From Lentisphaerota bacterium (GTDB lineage Bacteria; Verrucomicrobiota; Kiritimatiellia; UBA8416; JAIOPI01), in assembly GCA_021413965.1 (NCBI GenBank), contig JAIOPI010000013.1, forward strand, positions 34,719 to 98,718: DNA of 64,000 bases, given 5' to 3'. Below, piece by piece: positions 26,635 to 37,852 of the stretch. Below the pieces are notes generated by a model that saw nothing but the letters and a program-made list of their open reading frames with translations, searched no databases and had not been told where the DNA came from. The stretch's first letter is position 1. Each line of letters starts with the position of its first letter. The position numbers and the translations under genes are program-made.

Positions 26635-27918
26635 TCACATGCCGGCCAGCAACGCCTGCAGGTGCCGGTCGAAGTGCACGGCCAGTACGTCACGGTACGT
26701 GGTCGGGTGGCGCGTGAGACACGCCCGCAAGGCGGGACCAAACTCCTCATGGGTAAGCACCGACCCGAACGTGCAGTGCAGGATCTGCCGCCCTGGCGCC
26801 GTGAAGCCCTTCCCCGCCGCCACGTCATCCCAGCACTCCAGGTACGCCCGCTCCAGCGCCTTGTCGTCGCGCAGCGCGTCCGGGGGCGGCACGTCGGCCA
26901 GCGTCGCGTGCACGTGATACGTGGCCTTGTCCACATCGTACCGCTCGCGCGCGAAGGCGCACAGCCGGCGAAACAGGGCCGGCTCCTCGAGCGCCGCCAC
27001 CCGCAGCGCTTCGAGGTACGACGTCCCCGCGGTCTTCACGTGGAATCGCCCCTGCGTCGCCCGTGCAAAGGCCGTGTACATCGATAGCTTGTCGGACCCG
27101 GAATGCAGGCTGAGCTTGTAGGGGCCAACCACCTCGGCCACGGCGGCGTGATCGCGCAACGCTTGCTCCAGCGCCGCCAGGTCCCCGATGTAGTCGACGC
27201 CCTTCTCAAGGCTGCCGACAAAACGCGGTGCCAACGACACCAGCTTCATCCCGCCCTTGATGCACTGCGCGGCCACGATGTAGTGCTCCGCCAGCGTGGT
27301 GGGCTGGTCCGTCTCGTCCACACTCAGCTCGATCTCGTGCTCACGCCCCGCCCGCGTCTGCACGAGTCGAATGTATGCCGCCAGTTCCACGGCCGCGTTC
27401 ACCGCGCGCCCGTATTTCACCGCCGCGCGCATCATGGCCGTGTCGTCAATCGACAGCGGCGTGCCGTTGGGCAGCGCCACCCGCTTGCCACGATAGGCCT
27501 CGGCCCAGCTCACCTCGGCGCGCACCACCTTGTACCGCTCGCGCAAGTCGGCGGCCGGGTAGTGATCGGCCTGGGCATCCACGTACCCCGACGGATCGAT
27601 GGTGAACATGACGAAGCCCGCCGCCGCCGTGCGGTCCACGTCTTCGCGCGTCTTGAGATGGTCCGCATCAGCGCCGGTCGCGCCGCGCCAGCCCGCCGCC
27701 TGCATCCCTCGCAGGGCGTCGTGCATCACCGTCTCCGGACTGCGTCCCGTGCGGGTCATCTCCCGGATCGACTGCTGCGCAAAGATCGGCAGGATTCCCG
27801 TGCCGGCACGCTGCAGCGCCGCCACGTGGCCAGGCGTGGCCAGCCCGATCCGGTCTCCAAAACCAAAACTCGGTTGCAGGCCAAGGGCAATCGGTGCGGA
27901 CGGTGTCGCGGTCGGCAT
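26635..27918 (-). CDS. Tagaturonate/fructuronate epimerase (UxaE)-like protein (tentative family call)
   Basis: 427 aa. The N-terminal SFGFGDRIGLATPGHV...FAQQSIREM..TGR pattern matches what I recall for the UxaE family. AGGAGA SD is present. The CDS is solid but the function is tentative. Confidence 0.5.
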   Translation of the reverse strand: MPTATPSAPIALGLQPSFGFGDRIGLATPGHVAALQRAGTGILPIFAQQSIREMTRTGRSPETVMHDALRGMQAAGWRGATGADADHLKTREDVDRTAAAGFVMFTIDPSGYVDAQADHYPAADLRERYKVVRAEVSWAEAYRGKRVALPNGTPLSIDDTAMMRAAVKYGRAVNAAVELAAYIRLVQTRAGREHEIELSVDETDQPTTLAEHYIVAAQCIKGGMKLVSLAPRFVGSLEKGVDYIGDLAALEQALRDHAAVAEVVGPYKLSLHSGSDKLSMYTAFARATQGRFHVKTAGTSYLEALRVAALEEPALFRRLCAFARERYDVDKATYHVHATLADVPPPDALRDDKALERAYLECWDDVAAGKGFTAPGRQILHCTFGSVLTHEEFGPALRACLTRHPTTYRDVLAVHFDRHLQALLAGM

Positions 27919-28004
27919 GTTTCTCTCCTGGTTAGGCGGCGTCAGATTGCAGCCACTGAACGATCCTGTGACGGCACCACGTGAAGGGAGCCCCCGGTCC
28001 CGGC

Positions 28005-29084
28005 TCAGGCGCCAGCCGGCGCGCGGCCGGCGCGAATCTCCTCCAGCGTGCGGGCCTTGAAACGCATCACGCGCTCCGGGTTCGCTCCAGCCCGGCAGCC
28101 GTCGATAAAGCGAATCCCCGCCGCCAGCAGCTCGGCCGCATCGTAGCCGAGTTCATACAATGGAAAATCGGCAGGCATCGGCGTGGGAAAATTGTTGTGC
28201 GTCACCACCTTGAAGCCCGCTGGCACAATCACCCCGGGATCGGTCAGCCCCCGCGTCACCTCCGGCGTCAGATTGTCGTCCAGCACGATCAGCCCGTCCG
28301 GCACGTGCTCGGTGCGCTGCGACACCAGTAGCCGCACCCAGTAGCGGGCCGCGCTCGGCGTGCTCGTCGGAAGCGAGGCGTATCCGTTCGCCGCCAGCTC
28401 GAGCCCGTGCCGGGCCAGGATGTCCCTGCGCGCCGGATCCAGATCATCCGCGCCCAGACCTTCCCGGTCCTCCAACAAGGCCACCCGGCGACACCCATGC
28501 GACGCCAGGTACGCAGCGCCGGCTTCAATCACCGAGTCATATTCCAGGAACAACACGCCGTGACGCGACGCCGCCGCCTGGCCGGCCACCACGACCGACG
28601 GCACGGCCGGGTCGCGGATGCGCGCATCGTCGATGACCGGCAGGTTCCGCAGATGAATGATCCCCGCCAGACGTCTCGCCGCCACGTCCGCGCACAATCG
28701 CTGGAAGCCATCATCCCCCGGCATCGCCAACCCCGCATAGAAAATGATCTCGCGCCCGGACGCCCGGCTCACCTCCAGCGCCGCCGTATGCATGGATTCG
28801 AAAAAGCGCGAGCGCTTGGCGGTTTCGCTGGAGCGATACGGCAGCGTGACCGCGTATCGGTTCAGGTGCGGGGGCCGCGCCGACACAAACGTGCCCACGC
28901 GATGGCGAACGAACACAAACCCGTCCGCGAGCAGACGGTCGAACGCCTTCTGCACCGTGGGCGCCGTGGCGCCAAAGCGTTGTTCATAATGCACCCGCGT
29001 TGGCAGCATCGTCCCCGGCGGGTGCTGGCCGCCCACAATTTCGTCCCGAATGGCGGTCAGTATTTCGTCGTGCTTAGCGGGCAT
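28005..29084 (-). CDS. AraR-type regulator: GntR winged-HTH plus a LacI/GalR-type sugar-binding domain
   Basis: N-terminus LPTRVHYEQRFGATAPTVQKAFDRLLADGFVFVRHRVGTFVS (GntR HTH), followed by a ~280-aa periplasmic-binding-protein type 1-like domain. Confidence 0.8.
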   Translation of the reverse strand: MPAKHDEILTAIRDEIVGGQHPPGTMLPTRVHYEQRFGATAPTVQKAFDRLLADGFVFVRHRVGTFVSARPPHLNRYAVTLPYRSSETAKRSRFFESMHTAALEVSRASGREIIFYAGLAMPGDDGFQRLCADVAARRLAGIIHLRNLPVIDDARIRDPAVPSVVVAGQAAASRHGVLFLEYDSVIEAGAAYLASHGCRRVALLEDREGLGADDLDPARRDILARHGLELAANGYASLPTSTPSAARYWVRLLVSQRTEHVPDGLIVLDDNLTPEVTRGLTDPGVIVPAGFKVVTHNNFPTPMPADFPLYELGYDAAELLAAGIRFIDGCRAGANPERVMRFKARTLEEIRAGRAPAGA

Positions 29085-29115
29085 GTCCTGCTCTCAAAAA
29101 AGATAATCCGGCTGC

Positions 29116-29143
29116 ATTCTAGGCCATGAGGCATGCCGTTCAA
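29116..29143 (-). promoter_or_regulatory. Sigma70-like promoter candidate: TTGAAC-N16-TAGAAT for the regulator gene
   Basis: Minus strand reads TTGAAC ggcatgcctcatggcc TAGAAT, about 30 nt upstream of ATG 29084. Confidence 0.45.
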
Positions 29144-29174
29144 GCGGCAATCGACTTGCTAATCTCGCCCTGCC

Positions 29175-29188
29175 TGACAAACTTGTCA
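29175..29188. promoter_or_regulatory. Perfect inverted repeat TGACAA-AC-TTGTCA, candidate operator
   Basis: Read directly in the divergent region between the AraR-type regulator and the SGNH-like gene. It is the only perfect palindrome of this type I found in the locus intergenic regions. Confidence 0.4.
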
Positions 29189-29265
29189 ACGTTTTGCACC
29201 GACGTCCTGCCACGGTCGCGCGTTCCCGGGGGCCTGGACCTGCCGGTGTCACAAGGAGTGCATCC

Positions 29266-30462
29266 ATGTCCGAAGCGATGATCCGGTTGCTGCGACAAAC
29301 CACCTACCGCCCCATGGATATCGATAATCTTCTGAATCCCCAGGGCGATTCATGGTCGACCTTTGACCCGGAACTGGGCTACGTGCCACGCACCGTGACC
29401 ATGCAGGACGGCGTTGATGGGTCCTGGTCACGCTACACCTACGGCCCCGGCGGCTGGCGCCAGCTGGTGCACTACGCGGACCGCCCATGCCGTGTGAATA
29501 CTTACGGCGACAGCTATACCCAGTGCCAGCAGGTCAGTGACGGCGAGACCTGGCAGGAAGTCCTCGCCGCCCACTGCGGCGAACCCATCCGCAACTTCGG
29601 CGTCGGCGGCTACGGACTCCTCCAGGCCAGCCACCGTGCCCGCCGCGTCGAAACCGGCCCCGCCGGCGCGCCGTTCGTCGTGCTGAACATCTACGACGAC
29701 GACCACGTCCGCAATCTCGACGCCGCTCGCTGGGTGCGCACGTTTGTGGACGCCGATCCGCCCCCGCCCGACCGCCCCATCATGTTGCATGGCCTTCCCT
29801 GGGTTCACGTTCGCTACGACCTGGGGGCCGGACGGTTTGTCGAGCACCCAAGCCCCTGCCCGAATGCGGCAGCCCTGCGCGCGCTGTGCGATCCCGACCA
29901 GTTCCGCCGCACCTTCGAACACGACCAGATCGTGCGCCTGTTTCTGGCCGAACGCGGGGTCGAACCACCCGCCGAGGATTTGAAGGAATTCGAAGCGCTG
30001 GCGGAAGCGCTCGGCATCGCGGTGGATCTCCGCCGGGCCGAGACCCGTCGGGTCGAAGCCAAGCGGCTGCGCATCCAGTATGGCATTCGATCGTCCGAGC
30101 ACATCCTGGCCGAGTTTCAGGATTGGCTGCGCCAGCAGGGCAAACGCCTGCTCGTCCTGCTCACCTACCGCGAATCCTATGTCGTCGACGTCATCGAAGG
30201 CCGTCCGCGCTTTGATCAACATCTCCTGGACTTCTTCGCCCGCACCGGCATCCCGTACGTCGACGCGCGTGACCTACACCGTGCGGACTACGCCGCCTAC
30301 CGCCTGACCCCCGCCGAGTACCTCACGCGGTTCTACATTCCGCCCTGTGCCGCGGCGGTCTTCGGCCACTACACCCCCATGGCCAACGCGTGGTTCGCCT
30401 TCGCCATCAAGCCCGCCCTGGTCCGCTGGCTCGATCCCCCGCCCCCCGCCTACCGCCCATAG
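29266..30462 (+). CDS. SGNH/GDSL hydrolase-like protein (possible carbohydrate esterase)
   Basis: ATG 29266 is preceded by AAGGAG. TYGDSYTQ is a block I-like motif and GVGGYG is block II-like. FGHYTP near the C-terminus could be the catalytic His block. The family call is weak. Confidence 0.5.
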   Translation: MSEAMIRLLRQTTYRPMDIDNLLNPQGDSWSTFDPELGYVPRTVTMQDGVDGSWSRYTYGPGGWRQLVHYADRPCRVNTYGDSYTQCQQVSDGETWQEVLAAHCGEPIRNFGVGGYGLLQASHRARRVETGPAGAPFVVLNIYDDDHVRNLDAARWVRTFVDADPPPPDRPIMLHGLPWVHVRYDLGAGRFVEHPSPCPNAAALRALCDPDQFRRTFEHDQIVRLFLAERGVEPPAEDLKEFEALAEALGIAVDLRRAETRRVEAKRLRIQYGIRSSEHILAEFQDWLRQQGKRLLVLLTYRESYVVDVIEGRPRFDQHLLDFFARTGIPYVDARDLHRADYAAYRLTPAEYLTRFYIPPCAAAVFGHYTPMANAWFAFAIKPALVRWLDPPPPAYRP

Positions 30463-30533
30463 CACGCCCCCTGCTGGCGTCCCGCCGCCCCCCCTCGCGG
30501 CGTCGAGCTCGCAAGGAGCGGCCGCGCCGCGCC

Positions 30534-31271
30534 CTACGGCGCCACGGACTCGGCACGCCAAGCCCACCGGTGCACCGGACGCAGCACGAGCAGGAAGACC
30601 GCCCACCCGGCCACCAGCCCCCAGCCCAGCCCCCACGGCCGCTGCACGATGTGGCAAGCCGCCATCATCGGCGTCGTCGTCAGCATGATCACCGGGATCT
30701 GGCGGCAGATCGACCACAGGCAGCGCCGGCACTCGTACGCCGCAATCACCGTCACCATCGGAAACATCGCCATGAACCCCTGCAACCGCTGCTTGAGAAT
30801 GATGAGCACAATCACCACGGCCGCGATGGCCGGCAGCTTCAGCAGGAGCGGCAGACTGGTGCGCTGGCCCTCTGCGCGCGCCCCCGTCGCCAGCCGCAAT
30901 AAAACGCCCCCTGTGAGCATGACGAGCACCGCCGTCCCCCAGTACGCGGCCTCGCCCTGCGGCAAGCGCGGGGCCAGCCAGACCGCCACCGCCCCATACC
31001 CCGCACCCGCCGCGGCAATCGCCGGCACAATCGGCACGCCAAACCGGTCGCGCAGCACCCGCACCAGATGGCAGAACGCCAGCAGGAGCAGCAGCCCGGA
31101 CTGATGCGCGATGCCCACCGGCCGCCCGACCGCAAGACAGGCCACCGTAAACGGAAATGGCAGGCTCAACACAAACACCTTCCACCGCGCCGCATGGGTG
31201 TACGCCAACAGCGTGGCCTGCAACGTCACGACGACAATCAGCAGGTAATCATAGGGTCCGACATGCGGCAT
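30534..31271 (-). CDS. Polytopic inner-membrane protein, function unknown
   Basis: 245 aa with about 7 hydrophobic segments. I recognise no motif. Confidence 0.55.
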   Translation of the reverse strand: MPHVGPYDYLLIVVVTLQATLLAYTHAARWKVFVLSLPFPFTVACLAVGRPVGIAHQSGLLLLLAFCHLVRVLRDRFGVPIVPAIAAAGAGYGAVAVWLAPRLPQGEAAYWGTAVLVMLTGGVLLRLATGARAEGQRTSLPLLLKLPAIAAVVIVLIILKQRLQGFMAMFPMVTVIAAYECRRCLWSICRQIPVIMLTTTPMMAACHIVQRPWGLGWGLVAGWAVFLLVLRPVHRWAWRAESVAP

Positions 31272-31388
31272 AATGCCTCATCAAGCTTGCGTTATCCTGA
31301 GGCGGAACCCCTTTGTGCACCCTCCCCGCCTCGCCATCCGGGCGACCCTACCGGCCGTCGCAAGCCTGCCGGTCCCCGCATGCACCCG

Positions 31389-33857
31389 CTACCGCCCTGA
31401 AGCCGCCTTCACGGGTCTTTCCAGCACATCGCACAGCACCGGGCGGGCTCCGCGCCGCCAGCGCCACGTCTGAATCTCGAAGGGCCGCAGCGTGGCCGCC
31501 ATGGCCCGGTAGCCCTCCGGCCCCGTCACCCGCACGCCCGTTCGACGGCCGCGCGTTTCCACCAGCCGCACGATGAATCCCCGTCCGTCCTCGGCGCGCT
31601 TGAGCGCGGTCACGTGCACCGTCCCCGGCGTGCAGCGCAGCAGTGAGAACGGCTTTCGCGTGGCACCCGGTTGCGCCCCTTCATAGGACACGTGCACCGG
31701 ATGCGCGAGCGCGCCCGCCACCTCCGGAAGTCCGAGATCGCCGGTGCCGGCGACGAGCACCATGCGCGCCCGGCGCGGTCCGCCCCGGTCCACCACCGGC
31801 CGCCCGGGGCCAAGCGTGATGTCAGCATTGCTGTAATGACCAAAGGTCGGACTGCGCAGCAGGGTCAGCCGGATCTCCGCCCCGCCACGCAGCGGCGTCA
31901 CGTCGGCGCCCCCGATGCTGTCCACGGCCAGCCCCACCCGGTACGCGCGCCGCCCCGCGCGACCGCGCACTTCGACCCATTTCTGCAGCGGGTTTTCCTC
32001 GCCGTTGACCGGGCGCTCCAGCTGGCCGTACGGGATTTCATAGAAGGCCCGGGCATCCGTCAGCGCGAGGGGAAATGCTATTTTCACCGCCTTGAGCGCG
32101 TCGTTCCAGATCAGCTCCAGCTCGAAATCAATGCGATTAAGCCCACGGTGCAGCATGACCCACTCGTTCAACGTGCCTCGCCGGTACACGCGCTGAATGA
32201 GCACCCGCGCCCGCAACGGCCCGGCTTCCAGAACCTGCAGCTTGGCGTGCGCAAACCGGCCGATCACCTGGTCAAACCTCGTCCGCAACGTGCCCCACGT
32301 ATCGCCCCCGTCGCGGATGACCAGGTACTCGTCTAGCCGCTTGCCGCGGGGCACGAGTTCCACCCCACGGGTCTTGTCCACCAGCGAGCGAATGCCGCCG
32401 CCGCGCGGATCGAATGTGATCCGCCAGAACGCATTTTGCATTACGGACCCGCGCACCTTGAGATCGGTGCGCTCCTTGGGCGCCACGGCGGCCGCCTGCA
32501 CCACGTGCAGCAGCGTGGCCCCGCCGGCCGGCACCGTCGGCATGATGAGTAACCCCACGCGGTCCTTTGGCCCGGCGTAGTCGGCCTCCACGCGCTGGAA
32601 GGGCACGGGACGCCCGTCGCCATCCACCACGGCCTGCTCGAAGATGTCCTTCCCCGGCGCGCGCGCATTGAGTTGCAGCGGCTCGCGCAAATCCCGGGCC
32701 AGGGTGTTGTGCAGACACACGGCCGCGGAGGCCCGGTAGCCCCGCGGCGCAAGACGGTTGAAGCGCTCCGCGATGCGCTTGGACGCAAAGTGGCGAAGCC
32801 GGCCCGCCGACTCGAGCACGGCCCCAAAGCGGAAATGCGCTTCGTCCATGGCCGCCGGCGTGCAGGTGCCGCACAGCACGTCGTGGAACTGGTTCGTCAG
32901 CAACTGGTCCCACGCCCCCGCCAATTCCGCCGCCGCATACGGCTCGCCCGCCGTCATGGCGGCCAGCGAGGCCAGCCACTCGGCCTGCCCCAGCCGAGAC
33001 TCGCAGCGGCGGTTCAGGCTCTTTGTCGTGCTGTTGGTCGTGTAGCACCCGCGGAAGCAGTACTGAAGCTCACCGCGCACCAGCGGGAGGTCCCGCCCAG
33101 CGGCGCGGGCGAAGAATTCATCCAGACCCCCATGGCGGCAGTCGAGATGCGGATGCGTGCGCGCATACTCGCGCATGTATTTCAGGTCCTTGATCGTCGG
33201 CCCGCCGCCATGGTCGCCGACGCCAAAGAAGAATGGCGTTTCGGGATACGCCGCCACCGCGCCCGGCAGTGCCACCTCGGCGCGCTGAAACAGTTCCTGC
33301 CGGTTGCCGGAGCAGTACCACCCCGGCGGTCGGCACGCGACCACCTCGCTGCCGTCAATCCCACGCCAGCGGTACGGTCCCTCCGGCAGTTTCAATTCCG
33401 CCGGCTCCGGCCGGAAGTGCAGCCACCCGGTCATCCCTTGCAGGCGCAGCAGCTGCGGCACTTGCCCATGATGCCCGAATGAGTCCACGCAGTAGCCCGT
33501 CTTCGCCAGGCGCCCGAAGCGCGAGTGAAAGTAGCGCTGCCCGTAGAGCCCGAGGCGGCAGAAGGATTCCCCGCTGGGAATGTTGTTGTCAGGCTGCACC
33601 ACCCAGCCCCCGGCAAGCTGCCAGCGCCCCTCCCGCACCCGTCGCCGGATCTGAGCGAAGATGGCCGGCTCGTGTTCTTCCAGCCAGCGATAGTGCAGCG
33701 TCGATGACGCCGTGAAAACGAACTCCGGAAACTCGTCCATGCGATCGAGCGCCGACTGCCACGACGCCTTGACCTCGTCATACCCCTCCGTCCAGTTCCA
33801 GAGCCAGGTGTGATCGATATGCGTGTTTCCAATGAAGTAGACGCGCGGCTTGGTCAT
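31389..33857 (-). CDS. Glycoside hydrolase family 38 (alpha-mannosidase-like)
   Basis: N-terminus VYFIGNTHIDHTWLWNW...FVFTASSTLHYRWLEE...GRWQLAGGWVVQPDNNIPSGES is the GH38 catalytic-domain pattern. 822 aa with a strong SD (GGAAGGAGGAG). Confidence 0.85.
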   Translation of the reverse strand: MTKPRVYFIGNTHIDHTWLWNWTEGYDEVKASWQSALDRMDEFPEFVFTASSTLHYRWLEEHEPAIFAQIRRRVREGRWQLAGGWVVQPDNNIPSGESFCRLGLYGQRYFHSRFGRLAKTGYCVDSFGHHGQVPQLLRLQGMTGWLHFRPEPAELKLPEGPYRWRGIDGSEVVACRPPGWYCSGNRQELFQRAEVALPGAVAAYPETPFFFGVGDHGGGPTIKDLKYMREYARTHPHLDCRHGGLDEFFARAAGRDLPLVRGELQYCFRGCYTTNSTTKSLNRRCESRLGQAEWLASLAAMTAGEPYAAAELAGAWDQLLTNQFHDVLCGTCTPAAMDEAHFRFGAVLESAGRLRHFASKRIAERFNRLAPRGYRASAAVCLHNTLARDLREPLQLNARAPGKDIFEQAVVDGDGRPVPFQRVEADYAGPKDRVGLLIMPTVPAGGATLLHVVQAAAVAPKERTDLKVRGSVMQNAFWRITFDPRGGGIRSLVDKTRGVELVPRGKRLDEYLVIRDGGDTWGTLRTRFDQVIGRFAHAKLQVLEAGPLRARVLIQRVYRRGTLNEWVMLHRGLNRIDFELELIWNDALKAVKIAFPLALTDARAFYEIPYGQLERPVNGEENPLQKWVEVRGRAGRRAYRVGLAVDSIGGADVTPLRGGAEIRLTLLRSPTFGHYSNADITLGPGRPVVDRGGPRRARMVLVAGTGDLGLPEVAGALAHPVHVSYEGAQPGATRKPFSLLRCTPGTVHVTALKRAEDGRGFIVRLVETRGRRTGVRVTGPEGYRAMAATLRPFEIQTWRWRRGARPVLCDVLERPVKAASGR

Positions 33858-34005
33858 GACGCTCCTCCTTCCCGCGGCCGAAAGGCGGGATTGTCCACGC
33901 GCCCCCCCACCGCTGCAAGCGCATTGTCACGTCACGCCGCCCGGCCGATCTCCGGATTCTCACCCAAGCTCCGAGGTGGCCCGCGATCTCCGATCGCGGG
34001 GCGTG

Positions 34006-34079
34006 CCGGCAGGGCGTCACCCAGCGGCCCGCGCCCGGAGGTCGCGGGCCACCTGGCCATGTCGCCACGCCGGTTTTTT
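34006..34079 (+). terminator. Terminator/attenuator-like structure in the leader of URO-D paralogue 2
   Basis: The outer stem is CCGGCAGGGCG/CGCCACGCCGG (9 of 11 pairs). It encloses the hairpin GGCCCGCG-N9-CGCGGGCC and is followed immediately by TTTTTT (34074..34079), 29 nt before the ATG. Confidence 0.35.
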
Positions 34080-34107
34080 CATTGCGCTGGCGCCACGCCG
34101 CCCCACA

Positions 34108-35259
34108 ATGCGCGATATGACTACTCGTCTCGCTGCGGCTCCAGTCGACTGGCCCACCCTGCACCGCAAAGTCGTCTTTGGCCGCGCCGGTGGACGGATT
34201 ATCTGGCAGCCGCGCATCAAATGCTGGTTCACCGACAAGCAGTTCGCCGGCGAACCGCTGCCCGCGCCGTACACCGGCATGACGATGCCGGACATTCATC
34301 GCGCGCTCGGTTGCTCCGCCCGGCTCTATTCCGAATTCAATCGCTGCTTCCGGCGCGTCGAGCATCCTGCCGTTCGCCTCGTGGAGACGCCGCTCAATGC
34401 ATGGGACACGGCCGTCACCATCCAAACGCCGGTGGGCGAACAGCTCGCCATCCATCGCCGCTCCCCAAACAACGCGCATCTCATTCACATCAAATGGGAG
34501 GTCGAGTCGGAGGCGGAGATGCGCGTGGCAACCTGGCGCGAGGAGCACACCGCGTGGGTGTGGGATCAGGCCGTCTTCGACGAACAGATGCGCGCGGTCG
34601 GCGACCTCGGCGCCCCGACCATGTTCATGCCCCGCATGAACGTCCAAAGTCTCTATATAGAAAAAATGGGCATCGAGAAGGGCATCTACGCGCTGTACGA
34701 CTGGCCGGACGCCGTCGAAACCTATTTTCAGGTGCTCGAGGAGAGCCACGACCGGCTCATGGATGTGATCATTGCCTCGCCCATCGAGATCGTCAACTTC
34801 GGCGAGAACGTGCATGCCGGCACGCTGGCCAAGGACCTGTTCCTCAAGTATCACCTGCCCGCCTGCCAGCGCCGTTGCGCCAAGTTGCGCGCGGCCGGCC
34901 GCTTTACCTGCTCGCATTGGGACGGCGATACCGGCCCGCTGCTGCCCTACGCCCGTGAAACCGGCCTCGATGGCATTGAAGCCATCACCCCAAAACCGCA
35001 GGGCGACGTGACACTTGAACAGATCAAGGAAGGGTTGGGCGACGACGTGTTTCTGATCGACGGCATCCCGGCCGTGTACTTCGATAACACGTTCACCGAG
35101 GACGATCTCATCCGCTGCACGCACCGACTCATTGAACTCTTCGCCCCGAAACTGGTGCTGGGCATCTCAGACGAAATCTCATCCACGGGCGACCTTGAGC
35201 GCTGCCGGATCGTGGGGCAAATCGTCGACGCCTACAACGCGCAGTTCGATACGCCTTGA
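34108..35259 (+). CDS. Uroporphyrinogen-decarboxylase (URO-D) family protein, paralogue 2
   Basis: From ATG 34108; the track ORF is extended upstream through the GH38 promoter region. The C-terminal half (SHWDGDTGPLLPYARETGLDGIEAITPKPQGDVTLEQIKEGLGDDVFLIDGIP...LGISDEI) fits the URO-D family. Confidence 0.7.
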   Translation: MRDMTTRLAAAPVDWPTLHRKVVFGRAGGRIIWQPRIKCWFTDKQFAGEPLPAPYTGMTMPDIHRALGCSARLYSEFNRCFRRVEHPAVRLVETPLNAWDTAVTIQTPVGEQLAIHRRSPNNAHLIHIKWEVESEAEMRVATWREEHTAWVWDQAVFDEQMRAVGDLGAPTMFMPRMNVQSLYIEKMGIEKGIYALYDWPDAVETYFQVLEESHDRLMDVIIASPIEIVNFGENVHAGTLAKDLFLKYHLPACQRRCAKLRAAGRFTCSHWDGDTGPLLPYARETGLDGIEAITPKPQGDVTLEQIKEGLGDDVFLIDGIPAVYFDNTFTEDDLIRCTHRLIELFAPKLVLGISDEISSTGDLERCRIVGQIVDAYNAQFDTP

Positions 35260-35299
35260 GAACGCGTGCCCGCCTCATCCGTTCCCGTCGGCGCGGCGG

Positions 35300-36400
<1,101 letters not shown>

Positions 36401-36516
36401 GTCACCATCCCTTCAACCTGAAGATTCCACCACCGCGAAAGCGCGCGAACGGCCGCGTGGTTCAGCACGACATCCCGGCTGACGCTTCACGTCCGCGTCC
36501 ATCCCCGGCAGCCCTG

Positions 36517-37767
36517 CTACGCTCGCTTCGCCAGCACCGTGCGCTCGTAGGTGTCGACTTCGCCCATCCACGCGCCATCGACGGGCACGCCCGCGCGGCG
36601 GCAGCACTCCTCCCAAACCGCGCCAAACGGCAACGACCGCGCGTCCTCCATCAGCGCCAGCCTCGCCGTGAGATTGCCGGCGCGCTCGAGATCGCGCAGC
36701 TGGGCCGTCGGCTCGAGCAGCGCGATCAGCAAGGCCTTCAGCAGATTGCGCGCCCCGATCACCCAGGCGGCCACGCGGTTGATGCTGGCGTCAAAATAGT
36801 CGAGCCCCAGGTGGACGCGGCCCAGGTAGTCCCCGCGCACGATCTCCTCCGCTATCGCGCGCAGGTCGTCCGTCAGCGTCACGACGTGATCGCTGTCCCA
36901 GCGCACACCGCGGCTGACGTGCAGCAGGATCTCGTCGAGGTACCCCAGCACGGCGGAGATCTTGTCCGAAATGGTTTCCGTTGGATGAAAATGCCCCGCA
37001 TCGAGGCACAGCATCAGCTTGCGCGAAACGGCGTAGGCCAGATAGAACTCGTGCGACCCCACCACAAAGCTTTCCGACCCGATCCCGAACAGCTTGGGCT
37101 CCACGGCATCGCGGTTCCAGCGCGGGTCGATCTCCTCCTGCAGCACGGCATCAAGCGCGGCACGCAGGCGCTCGCGGGGCGCGCGGCGGTCAACCGGAGA
37201 ATCCTTGTAACCGTCCGGAATCCAGATGTTCGTCACACATGTCCATCCCAGCGCCTGCCCGATATGCGCACCAATGCGGCGGCTGGCGATGCAATGGTCG
37301 ATCCAGAACTGGCGGATGCCCTCGTCGGCATGCGACAGCGTAAAGCCGTCCGCCGCCTTCGGGTGCGAAAAACACGTGGGATTGAAGTCCAAGCCCATCT
37401 GGCGCGACTTGGCCCAGTCGATCCACCGCGCAAAATGCGCGGGCTCAATGGCGTCACGATCCACGCGGGCGCCACCCGTCTCGAGGTAGAAGGCATGCAG
37501 GTTGAGTCGGTGGCGCCCCGGAATCAGCCGGCAAGCCTGCTCCACATCCTGCCGCAGTTCGTCCGGGGTGCGGGCCTTGCCCGGATAATTCCCGGTCACC
37601 GCAAGGCCCCCCCCCAGCGCACCGCCGGGGTTCTCGAAGCCGCCGACGTCATCGCCCTGCCAGCATTGCAGGCTGACCGCCACGTTCGCCAACGACGCCA
37701 GCGCCTTTTCGACATCGACACCCAAAGCGGCGTATTGTTCACCCGCCAATTCGAACGCTGCTGTCAT
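36517..37767 (-). CDS. rhaA: L-rhamnose isomerase
   Basis: From ATG 37767: [23 protein letters not shown]...[14 protein letters not shown]...[15 protein letters not shown]...HRLNLHAFY...[11 protein letters not shown]...[16 protein letters not shown], RhaA-like end to end. The track ORF is extended upstream by 123 codons. Confidence 0.9.
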   Translation of the reverse strand: MTAAFELAGEQYAALGVDVEKALASLANVAVSLQCWQGDDVGGFENPGGALGGGLAVTGNYPGKARTPDELRQDVEQACRLIPGRHRLNLHAFYLETGGARVDRDAIEPAHFARWIDWAKSRQMGLDFNPTCFSHPKAADGFTLSHADEGIRQFWIDHCIASRRIGAHIGQALGWTCVTNIWIPDGYKDSPVDRRAPRERLRAALDAVLQEEIDPRWNRDAVEPKLFGIGSESFVVGSHEFYLAYAVSRKLMLCLDAGHFHPTETISDKISAVLGYLDEILLHVSRGVRWDSDHVVTLTDDLRAIAEEIVRGDYLGRVHLGLDYFDASINRVAAWVIGARNLLKALLIALLEPTAQLRDLERAGNLTARLALMEDARSLPFGAVWEECCRRAGVPVDGAWMGEVDTYERTVLAKRA

Positions 37768-37852
37768 GTTCTGTCTCACTTTCTGACTGGTCGCGGATGG
37801 GCTGACACGCCGACGAAAACCCGGCCGCGCCGCCCGGTCGAGTCCGCCACCG

